The position numbers and the translations under genes were made by a program. The notes beneath the pieces were generated by a model. The model saw only the letters and a list, made by a program, of their open reading frames with translations, was not told the DNA's origin and did no database searches. Shown here one piece after another: positions 9,728 through 19,909 of a stretch of DNA of 64,000 nt (position 1 is its first letter; every line of letters starts with the position of its first letter). The stretch comes from an uncultured Chloroflexia bacterium (GTDB lineage Bacteria > Chloroflexota > Dehalococcoidia > GIF9 > UBA5629), in NCBI GenBank assembly GCA_963784375.1, contig CAWAQY010000001.1, positions 219,788 to 283,787 on the forward strand, read 5' to 3'.

Positions 9728-11041
9728 ATGGACCTTTACCAGGCATTTGACGCTTACCGGGATATTGAGAAGGCTATCATCATTAAGTCTGACATGTTGA
9801 GGCTGGGAACAAGCTTGAGTCAGTCAGCACTCGCTGAAGTCAGGAAAATAAAAAACCTGAGGGTTAAAGGTTATAGCTTATTTTCCTATGACTTTTCCAA
9901 GAAGATGACTCTGGCCAGTGATGCTGTACCTAATAGCTTCTTTTTTAAAGACGGCACCGAAGAGGGGACTCACATACAGATAAGAGTGTCGGACGAAACT
10001 CCTTACCTTATCGACTTTGTCGATGGCAAATACCCGATATTCTGGAACCGTGAAAAAATAGGCGAAGTACTCTCGTTTGAAGAACAGGCCGGCTATTATG
10101 ACCGGCTAACAGAAGAAGGTATCCCCTATCAAGCATACGTTTTCAGCGTAGGCAGGGACCAATTGCAGATTACTGCCAACAAACACTGCGACTACTTTTC
10201 GCGAAATAAACAATGCCTCTTCTGTGACCTGACGCCCTCTTCCGCCGAGCAGAAAAAGGGTGGAGAAGCAATGGTTCTTCGCAAGCGGGCCGATTTAGTG
10301 GGTGAAATTATCTATACGGGTCTTCAGGAGAGACGGTTCCGTCATATCTTAATCAATGGAGGCACATTCCTGGCGAAGTATCAGGAGAAAACAGAAATTG
10401 AATGGTATGCTGACTTCCTTGATGCCATAAGAAAACGCATTTGGACCTGGTATCCGTCTTGTCTTCAGATCAGTGCACTCGAAGATGAAGGATGGAAACG
10501 AATATACGACACCGGCATTCCCTGTATTGAGCCCAATATCGAGGTCTGGGACAAAAAGCTATTCGAAATCATTTGTCCCGGTAAAAACGAAGCGTTCGGC
10601 TATGATCAGTGGGTTAAGCGTACTATCAACGCCGTAAAGTACTGGGGACCGGGCAACGTGAACCCGAGCTTTGTCATAGGGGTGGAAATGGCTCAACCGT
10701 TTGGATTTAAAAAAGCTGAGGATGCAGTAAAGTCCACACTGGGAGGTTATGATTTTCTGATGAGTCACGGTGTACTTCCCAGGCAGGGTGGTTTCTGGTG
10801 TATCGAGCCCAGAAGCAAACTGGGTGGCCAGGCTCCGCCGCCGCTTGAGTATTATTTGGAACTGGGCAAAGGATATATGGAGCTTCGTCAGAAGCATGGC
10901 TTTGATAATCTTTACTCAACGATGTGCCGTCATTGTCTTTGCCACGGTACGGAATATGACTTCGAGTATTTTCACGGGCGTTCTTTCGCCTCCAGACAGG
11001 CCGAATTGCAATCGAGGAAGACAATCGGCAAAGTAGCGTAG
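9728..11041 (+). CDS. Uncharacterised radical-SAM-like protein with a non-canonical Cys spacing
   Basis: Intact ORF; the start at 9728 (MDLYQAF) is preceded by AAGGAG. It has the motif KHCDYFSRNKQCLFCDL (C-x8-C-x2-C), ILINGG (a GGE-like strand), alternating strand-like segments, and a C-terminal CRHCLCH. Confidence 0.5.
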   Translation: MDLYQAFDAYRDIEKAIIIKSDMLRLGTSLSQSALAEVRKIKNLRVKGYSLFSYDFSKKMTLASDAVPNSFFFKDGTEEGTHIQIRVSDETPYLIDFVDGKYPIFWNREKIGEVLSFEEQAGYYDRLTEEGIPYQAYVFSVGRDQLQITANKHCDYFSRNKQCLFCDLTPSSAEQKKGGEAMVLRKRADLVGEIIYTGLQERRFRHILINGGTFLAKYQEKTEIEWYADFLDAIRKRIWTWYPSCLQISALEDEGWKRIYDTGIPCIEPNIEVWDKKLFEIICPGKNEAFGYDQWVKRTINAVKYWGPGNVNPSFVIGVEMAQPFGFKKAEDAVKSTLGGYDFLMSHGVLPRQGGFWCIEPRSKLGGQAPPPLEYYLELGKGYMELRQKHGFDNLYSTMCRHCLCHGTEYDFEYFHGRSFASRQAELQSRKTIGKVA

Positions 11042-11131
11042 CAGCGGAGCAAACAACATATAGAGTTTCTACGAACGGCGTTTGATCCCGATTCTTATTG
11101 AAAGAATAGCTGCACGCTGAAGGAAAGCATT

Positions 11132-12518
11132 ATGACCGAAGCCAGGGTAGAACAAATACTATCCCGATTTGTCACCGACACTAAATTTGAAGAAATACCC
11201 CCGGAAGCAATAGCAACCGCCCGAAATGTAGTACTTACGGTGCTGGGTACCATTATCGCCGGCTCCAATCTCACTGGAATTAAACCGCTGGTAGATAAAG
11301 TAAGAGATTGGGGCGGCAAGAAAGAAGCTACTCTCCTGATGCACGGCGGAAAGGTACCTGCCTACAACGCCGCATTTGTAAATAGCACTATAGCCCGTGC
11401 CCTGGATTTTGATGATGCTTTTATTCCGGGGCCTCACTTCGGTGCCACAACTGTACCAACAGCGATTGCCATCAGCGAGCTCATTGGCGGCTGCAGCGGC
11501 AAGGACTTTTTCACGGCACTGATCCTGGGAAGCGAGGTAAGTGCCCGGCTCAATCTCAATGAAGAGCAGTACAGCGGCTTCGATCCCACCGGCATTTGTT
11601 CCCTTTTCGCTTCCTGTGCTATTGCCGGTAGACTTTTACGTTTGAACCCCAGGCAAATGCAGAACGCTCTGGCTCTGGCATTCAACAGGTGCTCGGGGAG
11701 TTTTCAGAGCCATATTAGCGGCTCCCTGGCAGTGAGGCTTAATCAAGGATTTGCCTCTCAAAATGGTATAGTAAGTGCTCAGTTAGCCCAAATAAATATG
11801 ACCGGTCCCCTCGACTTCCTCAGCGGTATTTATGGGTACTTCCATCTCTACGGGAAAGATAAAAGCAATAGCGAAGCTATAGTGAATGGACTTGGCAAGC
11901 GGTACGAATTCGTTAATACGGTATTCAAGAAATATCCCAGTTGCGGCGCTACTCAGGCAAGTACCGATGCCATACTTGCTTTAATCAACGAACATAATCT
12001 TCCACCGGAAGAGATTTTATCCAGTCGATATACAGGTAACACCGGCTACGTACAGGCTGGCGGGAAAACAGTTTGAGATCGGTGACAATCCCAGAGTGGA
12101 TGGTCAGTTCAACATTCAATACTGTGTCGCCAATGCCCTGCTCAGGAGAAGTTCCAGGCTGGAGCATTTCGATGAGGCCTCGGTTAAGGAGCCCAAAATT
12201 TCTGAAATGACCGGGAAAATATCTGTATCCAGCCAGCCGGAGCTGAATGCCAGGGGGCATACCGCTTTAACCATGGAGGTGAAAACGACAGGGGGCATGC
12301 TCTACAGTAAAAGCGTGGACATTGCCAGCGGCTTTCCGGGGAATCCGCTTACCAAAGAGGACCATATCGAAAGGTTCCGCGGATGCATAGAATACGCTCG
12401 CGGGTATTACCCGCAGCACAATATCGGTAAAATCATTTCCCTGGTTGAGACATTAGAGGAAATGAAAGATGTTCGCATGTTGCTCCCTTTGTTAACGGTA
12501 GGGAAAATGCCGAAATAA
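11132..12518 (+). CDS. MmgE/PrpD family protein (2-methylcitrate dehydratase-like), one frame disruption
   Basis: ORFs 11132..12076 and 12096..12518 join as ..PPEEI/VDIQVTPATYRLAGKQFEIGDNPRVDGQFNIQYC.. across a shift at the T4 run 12015-12018. Confidence 0.85.
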
Positions 12519-12531
12519 ATGGTGGGACTGA

Positions 12532-14464
12532 TTACAGTTCGAGTCCACCAATCATATCACCCAGCCCCAGTTCAACGAGCTTTTCCTTAGAAGGAAGCCC
12601 GGTTTTTATATCCCAACCCCTCAGTCCATAGTATTCGTCCAGCAGCCGGTCTATTGTATCCCTGGATAACACGCTCCCTTTCGCGGCTCCTTCCGGCAAT
12701 GGCTCGGTAAAAAACCTGTCAGGCCAGATATCGTCCTTCCTGGTTAATCCCTGCCTGGCACTACAAATTTTGAGCAGGGTGAAAACCTTCTCTCCGAGTT
12801 TCATAATATCCTCAGGGGTTGTATTCCGGCCGGTACAGGCTGAAAATAACCTGGAAAGATGGGTTGGCCCCAGGGCAACCTTGCCCGACACAAAGAAACA
12901 AAGTCCCAGGGCATTAAGTATCGAGAAGATATCTTCAAACCACTTGCACATGACGGGTTTCCCTTCCCATATATAAGGTACTTCCCGTGGAGATTCTCCA
13001 TAGATTTTTTGCTTTACATCCTCAAACATATCTATCTTGTCAATCGGCCAGTTTGGATTGTAATCCTCCGCCATAAAATGCGTGTCCTTCACGTTATCCC
13101 CACCCCTCGGGTTGGTCAGATCACCGAAAACCCATCCCCGATAACCCGTTCTGGGATCATGCGACATCATCTCCATACCCTTGGTGGCCATGACATAGTG
13201 CTCTGCTCCTTTCCCGATAATCTTCGCTGCTCTCACACTCCCCTCCGCCAGGATATCTCCAAATCCCTTTCGAAAAGCTATTCTGTGCACCATTTCTACT
13301 ACTGCATCTTCATTACCCCAGCTTAATTCCAGGCCGTCGGTATCTTTTTTATCTATGAGACCTCTCTGAAACAGCTCCATAGCAAAAGAAATACAACCTG
13401 CCGTGGACGCATAGTCCATGCCAAAGCGTTCACATAGCTCTTTACACTTCCAGATAGCCGGCATAGTATCGAGAGCACACTTCGCCCCCCAGTCGAAAAC
13501 AAGTCCCGGGTGAAGGCCTCTATTAACCTGTACCCCTGCATATTTGCCCTCTTTAACCCCTACCATGTTGAAACAGGTTACGGGACAGGCATGGCAGGTG
13601 CCTTCTGCCCTTGTAAAATACTTTTGGGCAACGTCTATGCTCCTCGTTTCCAGCCATCGGGGTACAACCCCTGTCTGAAAGTTTTTACCTGGCAGAGACC
13701 CGCGTTCCAGAAATAGCTTTCTGGGGTCTTCCGGAGCGCCCGGCATACTTTGCGCTTTTGCATTGGCGATGATACGTTCTCTGGCTTCCTTCACTGCTTC
13801 CCGAAATTCTTCAGGCTCGGCGATATTTACGGAACCGGTCCCGCGTACCGCTATGGCCTTCAGCTTCTTCGCTCCCATTACGGCTCCGGCACCACACCTC
13901 GATGCACTGTGGTAATAATCATTAAGCGCATGGGCATACCTGACCCGGTTTTCCCCCGCCGGCCCGATAGTCAGCACAGAAATTTTGTTTGAGTGAGAGC
14001 GGTCTAACTCTTCAATGAGAATATCTGAGGTTAGCTTTGTGTCCTTGCCCCAGAGGTGACCGGCCTCCCTGATTTCAACTTTATCATCATCAATCCACAC
14101 ATATACCGGTTTTTCAGCCTGTCCCCTGATCAATACCACGTCATAGCCGGCATATTTCAACCTTGCACCCCATAATCCGCCGGTGTTCCCGCTGCCGATA
14201 TGACCCGTGAGCGGGGACCTGGTCGTTATCTCCATTCTGCCCGAGCAGGGTGCCGGTGTTCCTCGTCAGCGGACCGGCAGCAAGTATCACTACATTATCC
14301 GGGCTAAGGGGCTCAACGTCTCTCCCTACCTCTTCATAGAGAAGCTTACAACTGAATCCCATTCCGCCTATAAATTCCCGGGCAAATTGTGGTTCAAGGT
14401 CTCTTTGAGTAACTCTGGCTGCCGATAAATCTATATCCAGGATTTTTCCGGCATATCCATACAT
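12532..14464 (-). CDS. aor: Aldehyde:ferredoxin oxidoreductase family (tungstopterin) enzyme, one frame disruption
   Basis: The N-terminus MYGYAGKILDIDLS..AAGPLT joins GTPAPCSGRMEITTRSPLTGHIGSGNTGG (ORF 12532..14235) after a 1-nt shift near 14264. The length and motifs are AOR-like. Confidence 0.9.
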
Positions 14465-14505
14465 AGCTATTTGAATCCTCCGCTAAGCGCTTTGTATATT
14501 TTCTT

Positions 14506-15470
14506 TTAGCGTACCCGGTTAAGGCAATTGGGCGGTCTTTCACCTCTTAAACCTGCGAGGAGGTTTTGTGCTGCAAGCCGCGCCATTTTAGTCCTGGTTT
14601 CGAGTGTTGCGCTTCCCACATGGGGTAGAAGAACAACGTTATTGAGTTCAGCAAGTCCCGGTGTCAATGCCGGCTCGTTTTCGTAGACATCCAGCCCGGC
14701 TCCGGCTATTTTCCCCTGTTTAAGAGCCTCAACCAGGGCTCTTTTCGTCCACGACCGGTCCTCGTGAAGTGTTAATTAAGTAGGCAGTGGGCTTCATTTT
14801 TGCCAAAGCCTGACTGTTGATAAGATGACGGGTGTCGTCAGCGAGAAGGACATGGAGTGAAATAAAATCGGCAGTCGATAGCAGGGTGTCCCTGCTTACA
14901 AGCTTCACACCCAGGGAAGTTTCCTCCGAGGCTTCCAGGGGACGGCTGTCATAGTAAATAACGCGCATATCGAAGCCGCGTGCCCTCCTGGCAACGGCTT
15001 TGCCTATTCTGCCCATGCCGATAATGCCCAGGGTTTTCCCGGATACTTCGTGTCCCAGAAAATGGAACGGCGCCCAGAATTTAAACTCCCCCGCTCTGGT
15101 CCTTTTATCACCTTCCACCACCCTCCTGGCTATAGCGAGTATGAGCGCAAATGTGGTGTCAGCCGTAGCATCGGTAAGCACATCCGGTGTGTTGGAGACC
15201 GGAATGCCCCTTTTTGTGGCGGCTTCGAGGTCGATGTTGTTGTATCCAACGCCGAAGTTTGCGATCATTTTTAGATGGGGAGCTTTTTTCAACAATTCAT
15301 CGTCGATAGTATCCGTTATCATACAAAGAAGACCGTCTTTATCACCGATAGACCTGGAGAAGTGTATCCCGCTTCATTGGCAGATCTTCGTCGTGAGCCT
15401 CCACTTCATGTTCTTTCTTAATGAGGTCCATAACCTCTTTAGGGATGATGCCTGTTACTAAAACTTTCAT
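14506..15470 (-). CDS. D-isomer-specific 2-hydroxyacid dehydrogenase (glyoxylate/hydroxypyruvate reductase-like), two frame disruptions
   Basis: Contains [15 protein letters not shown]. The N-terminus [13 protein letters not shown] (GGAG RBS, start 15470) is joined at about 15351-15362. The C-terminus ..[32 protein letters not shown].. is joined at the A4 run 14743-14746. Confidence 0.85.
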
Positions 15471-15612
15471 TTCGTAGTCTCCTGGCCGTTCAACAAACCT
15501 GACAGTACGACGAGATTATGCTGAAAGAGGATAAGTCACTCATGTTATCTGGTAAAAGAAAACCCCTGTCAACCTGAAAAATCTTTAGAAATCTGACAAC
15601 GGTTTTAAAGAG

Positions 15613-15689
15613 TGGCGCGCCTGGTGGGACTCGAACCCACGACCCACGGTTTCGAAGACCGGTACTCTGATCCACTGAGCTACAGGCGC
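15613..15689 (-). tRNA. tRNA-Arg, anticodon UCG, CCA encoded
   Basis: Manual fold: acceptor GCGCCTG/CAGGCGC, D-arm GCTC..GAGT, anticodon loop CUUCGAA, T-arm GTGGG-TTCGAGT-CCCAC, discriminator G, CCA. One mismatch sits at the top of the anticodon stem. Confidence 0.85.
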
Positions 15690-15915
15690 ACACGATCAAA
15701 CCTCCAAACGCTGACGCTCCCGCGCCGCTGGAGGGAGTGGAGGTCAAAAAGCCCCAGCACTCTTATATATTCTACCAAAATATACGTAAGAGGTCAGTGC
15801 GTCTACTGAATAACTGGTACCTGGCCAAGCATTTATATGCTGACTCTCCCCGGATGCTGGAGGTGCCATTGGAAGTTTTGTTAATATTTAGCGCAGCATC
15901 AGGCTACTGGAAGTT

Positions 15916-16687
15916 TTATAAAATCAGATCTTTATTAGCATTCAGCGAACAAATCGTAAACCCGAGTTGATCGGCAACTTCATTCGCTTCTTCGATTATT
16001 TCATTCTCATAAACAGGATATAAATGCACAGGGAATATTTTCGGTAAATAACCCTTTGCCTGGCTGAATGCATCTAATTCCTTTTTCAATAATTCGGGGC
16101 ATAAATGCCCTGAATTATCTAGCCTCTTTTTTAAACCTGTTAGGAAAGGTTAAATCAATAATTAGCAAATCCGGAGTAATATGGCTCCACACGTATGAAA
16201 GGCCAGATCCAGTATCACCGGAATAAAATAATCTTTTACCGTCTTTAGAAGTAATTTCCAAACCAGCCGCATCTGTACCGTGATTCATCGGTACCGTCAA
16301 AATTGTGAAATCTTCAATATTACATGTTTGATAAGGTTCAAGTGGACACAATTCTACTACGCGTTGCCCAACAAAAGAAGACTCCTCGGTGAATTTGGGA
16401 TAAATCGATCCATTGAACATGTGCGAGGATACCAAATCCAAAGCACTGGCTATTCCGTAAAGTCGTAACCTGCGTTTTATATTGTTGAAAACAAAGGCTG
16501 GTATATCCCTGATATGATCATAATGAGCATGGGATATAAGAATCGCATTGACTTTTTCCTGCTCCGAAAAAGACAACCCAGACGCAAGACTCCCCGCATC
16601 TACTGCCAGAACTTCGTTTATGACGAAAGATACTAACTTTGTACCTTTGGATTCTGAATTATGTCTACCTAAAAATTTTATAATCAT
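15916..16687 (-). CDS. MBL-fold hydrolase resembling class II 3',5'-cyclic-nucleotide phosphodiesterase, one frame disruption
   Basis: Has the HxHxDH motif (ILISHAHYDHIRD) and NGSIYPKF. The C-terminal part (..NSGHLCPELLKKELDAF..) lies in another frame after the T6/A6 run at 16127-16132. Confidence 0.7.
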
Positions 16688-16712
16688 TCTAATAGACCTT
16701 AATTAAAATATA

Positions 16713-18519
16713 TTATCCTGCAATACAATCGACTACTCTGTATACTGTCTGTTTCTCTGCTTTTCCTCTAAATTCTTGGGGCCCCAGATTCATTACTTTT
16801 ACTCTATCTTTCACTTGGTTAAATGTTTGAATGCCAATCCAAATTTCATCTCCTGGCGTGCATTCGCAAATTCTCGCAGCCATGTTAACAGCGTCCCCAA
16901 CCACCGTATATTCTGTCCTTCCCAATGAACCGATATTCCCTACTAAAGCCTGACCAGTATTAATACCTAAACCAAACTGTAGTTTTTGTCTCGAATTTTC
17001 GGCCAACCTGATCTCGTTAATAGCTTTTTGTGCCTCGCAAGCAGCTTTAATCGCGAGCAGAGAATGCGTTGGTTGGCTCTGAGGAGCATTCCACATCGCC
17101 ATAATACTATCGCCCGCAAATTTATTAATCGTACCCCCATTCTGCAAAACTTTATCAATTATGACCGAAAAATAGGCATTGAGCATTCTTACAATATCCG
17201 TCGGTGACATTTTTTCGCTAATTTCGATAAAATGACGAATATCCGCAAATAATATCGTAACTTCGCGTTGCTCTCCCCCGAGATGCAATTTATTCATATC
17301 GGCCAAAGTCATAATTTCTCTAGCCACTTGTGGTGAAACATAACGACCAAAAAGATTTTTTACCAGGTTTTTTTCCGATTGAATGTTCATCGTTTGGCAT
17401 AGTACATTGCCGCCATACGCAATTGGCATAATCAATATTGGGTATATCATATTAAGAATATAACCATTATCAAAAGACAAAAAGCTGGCAATTATGTAAA
17501 TAATCATAAGCCCAATCGTAAATAATCCTCCGTAAATTAGTTTAATTCTGGGGAGCACCAGAGCAGCGAGGACTACCAATATCAACAAGGTTACCAGTGT
17601 CGTCCCGATGCCGCTGCTCACTATGAAATTTCCCCTTAGAATTGTTTCTAGTGCAGCAGCGTGAATCATAACACCGGGCATTTTACTTAATGATACTGGA
17701 ACTGACCAAGTATCTAATTCTCCTGAGGCCGTTATCCCGATCAACACGATTTTATTTCTAACCATTTCCGGATCATAAGTTACCTCTAATGATATCCCCG
17801 TATGAAATATAAGGACGATCTTTGCTTTCAGCAGCGAAATTGACTCGAAGATTGTAGGCATTATCCAAAGGGATACGACGATCCAAAAAATATAGTGCGT
17901 TATTCTCTAGCTATATGTTGTTGGTAAATCAGCATTAAACAATGTTGAAAGTATAGCCAGCGTGAACGAGGGATAAAATTGTGCCACGTCCCCGGAGAAT
18001 TAGCAGGGGAAACGACGGGTAATCCCATCCGAGTCAGGAGTTATATTGATATGCCCCATGTTTTTACAGGTATTTTTAAGTGGCATAATTGGAAAAACAA
18101 TATGATTAGATTGAATGGTAGTCTCCTGATACTCAGTTGAGGCTAATCCAATCACTGGTAAAACGACATTACCGGCCCTTCTGATGGATTCTGCCAATTC
18201 ATTGTCATCGTGGAGAAGTGTCAATAAACAAAACATCAAAGCCAATGACTTTAGCTTGATCCTTGGCTAAATTATCAATTACTTTTGCATGAAGGTTCCG
18301 TGGCCAATCAGATAACCTTCCGTAGGCTTCCAGTGTTTTATCATCAATACCAGCAATAACAATATTTGGAAGAGGTTTCTCGGATATAAATAGTCTGTCC
18401 GAAAGCCATGAATTTATGTTGTTAAAGGGTTGGAAAATAGTAAATAGGAGTGCAAAGAAGAACCCGACACTTACGATAACGAGGGTATTGAATATGCGTT
18501 TTCTTTGGCTGTGGCTCAT
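16713..18519 (-). pseudogene. CHASE2-sensor class III adenylate/guanylate cyclase, at least 5 frame disruptions (pseudogene or assembly error)
   Basis: CHASE2 N-terminus (ORFs 18205..18519 and 18000..18245), TM helices, and cyclase core ILFADIRHF..KFAGDSIMAMWNAP..VGDAVNMAAR. Shifts are near 18207, 17975-17995 (a compensating pair), 17910 and 17785. The best frame at 17790-17905 reads LENNALYFLDRRIPLDNAYNLRVNFAAESKDRPYISYGDIIRGN. Confidence 0.8.
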
Positions 18520-18615
18520 TCGATTTCCTCATACATTCCGCGTACTTTCACATAAAGTCATTTAGACTTTTACAAATACTGAATATCAACGAGATGTCTT
18601 ATTTTCAAATACTAC

Positions 18616-19898
18616 CTATAATGAAAATTCATGCAGTCCCACTAGTTCCATCACGTCTATTGGGATTGATGTTGAATCAAATTTATGCGTTTTTTTATGT
18701 TTTATACAGGAAACAAAAGCGTCGGCAGCAATCGGGCAAAATTGTGTACCCTTATATCTTTCAAGTTCTTGGATTGCCATTTCTATACTTAAAGCCTGTC
18801 GATAAGAACGATGAGTAGTCATAGTGTCGAAAGCATCAGCAATAGCAATTATTCGGGAGCCAAAAGGAATTTGTTCTCCGCAAATCCCATCGGGATAACC
18901 ACTACCATCATATTTTTCATGGTGATGTACGATCAGCTTGCCTGCTTCCTTTAAAAAAGGAACATCCGCAATTATGTGGGCTCCGGCAGCCGGATGGGCA
19001 CGAACAATTGCCCATTCTTCTGGACTAAGAGCTGCAGGCTTTCGAAGTATGGCATCATCGACAATTATTTTGCCAATATCGTGCAGTATTCCGCCATACT
19101 CAATTGTCTTGATATCTTTAGACGATAACGAGAGCGCAACTGCCCCCATCACAGCGAATTCTGCTACTCTTTTTGAATGACCGAAAGTATAGGGATCTTT
19201 TGCATCAATTGTTGCAGCTAGCGCTTTAATAGTACTGTCACATCCGTCTATCACTGCCTGATGCAATTTGGAATTCTCGATTGCCATTGCAGCGATTGAT
19301 GCCAGCGCAATTAATACCTCTAAATTAATATTGTTGAAATCGCTTCCATCGGTCTTATTTAGCACTTGAATAGCACCTATTATCTTATGGCCCACACAAA
19401 GAGGAACACACAACATCGACTTAGTTGTAAAACCCGTTTGTTTATCGATATTCGGGTTAAAACGACTATCTTTAGTTACATCATTAACGATTTGGGGTTC
19501 ACCATGTTTAGCAACCCAAAAAGCAATTCCACTCTTTATCTCAGGTTTTATCTTATTTATTGACTTCGCCGCTTGACCAACCACATCCTCAAAATACAGA
19601 TTGCCGGACTTTCATCCACCAAAAACAATGAGGCAGCAGAACATTTAAGGTTTTTAATGGTCATCGTTAGAATCTGGTTAATCAACTTGGTTGATTCTGA
19701 TTCCTCCGTAACCTTTTTGCTAATTTCACATAAAAAGTCCAATCCCCCAACATGTCTTTCAAGCCCCAAATTGTTTATCATCTTACGGTCGTATTTAGAG
19801 TGTTCACCTCTAATATGAAATAGTCTGTCAAGTTGATAGCCTGCCGCTTGACTTGATGATACCATCGTATTTTTTAGTTCACGAGTTAACTTTATCAT
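18616..19898 (-). CDS. GAF-domain HD-GYP phosphohydrolase, one frame disruption
   Basis: Has HDIGK and HHEKYDGSGYPDG motifs preceded by a GAF-like domain. The N-terminal ORF 19557..19913 joins as ..LFLVDES/GNLYFEDVVGQAAKS.. near 19612. Confidence 0.85.
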
Positions 19899-19909
19899 CT
19901 CTACGCCCT

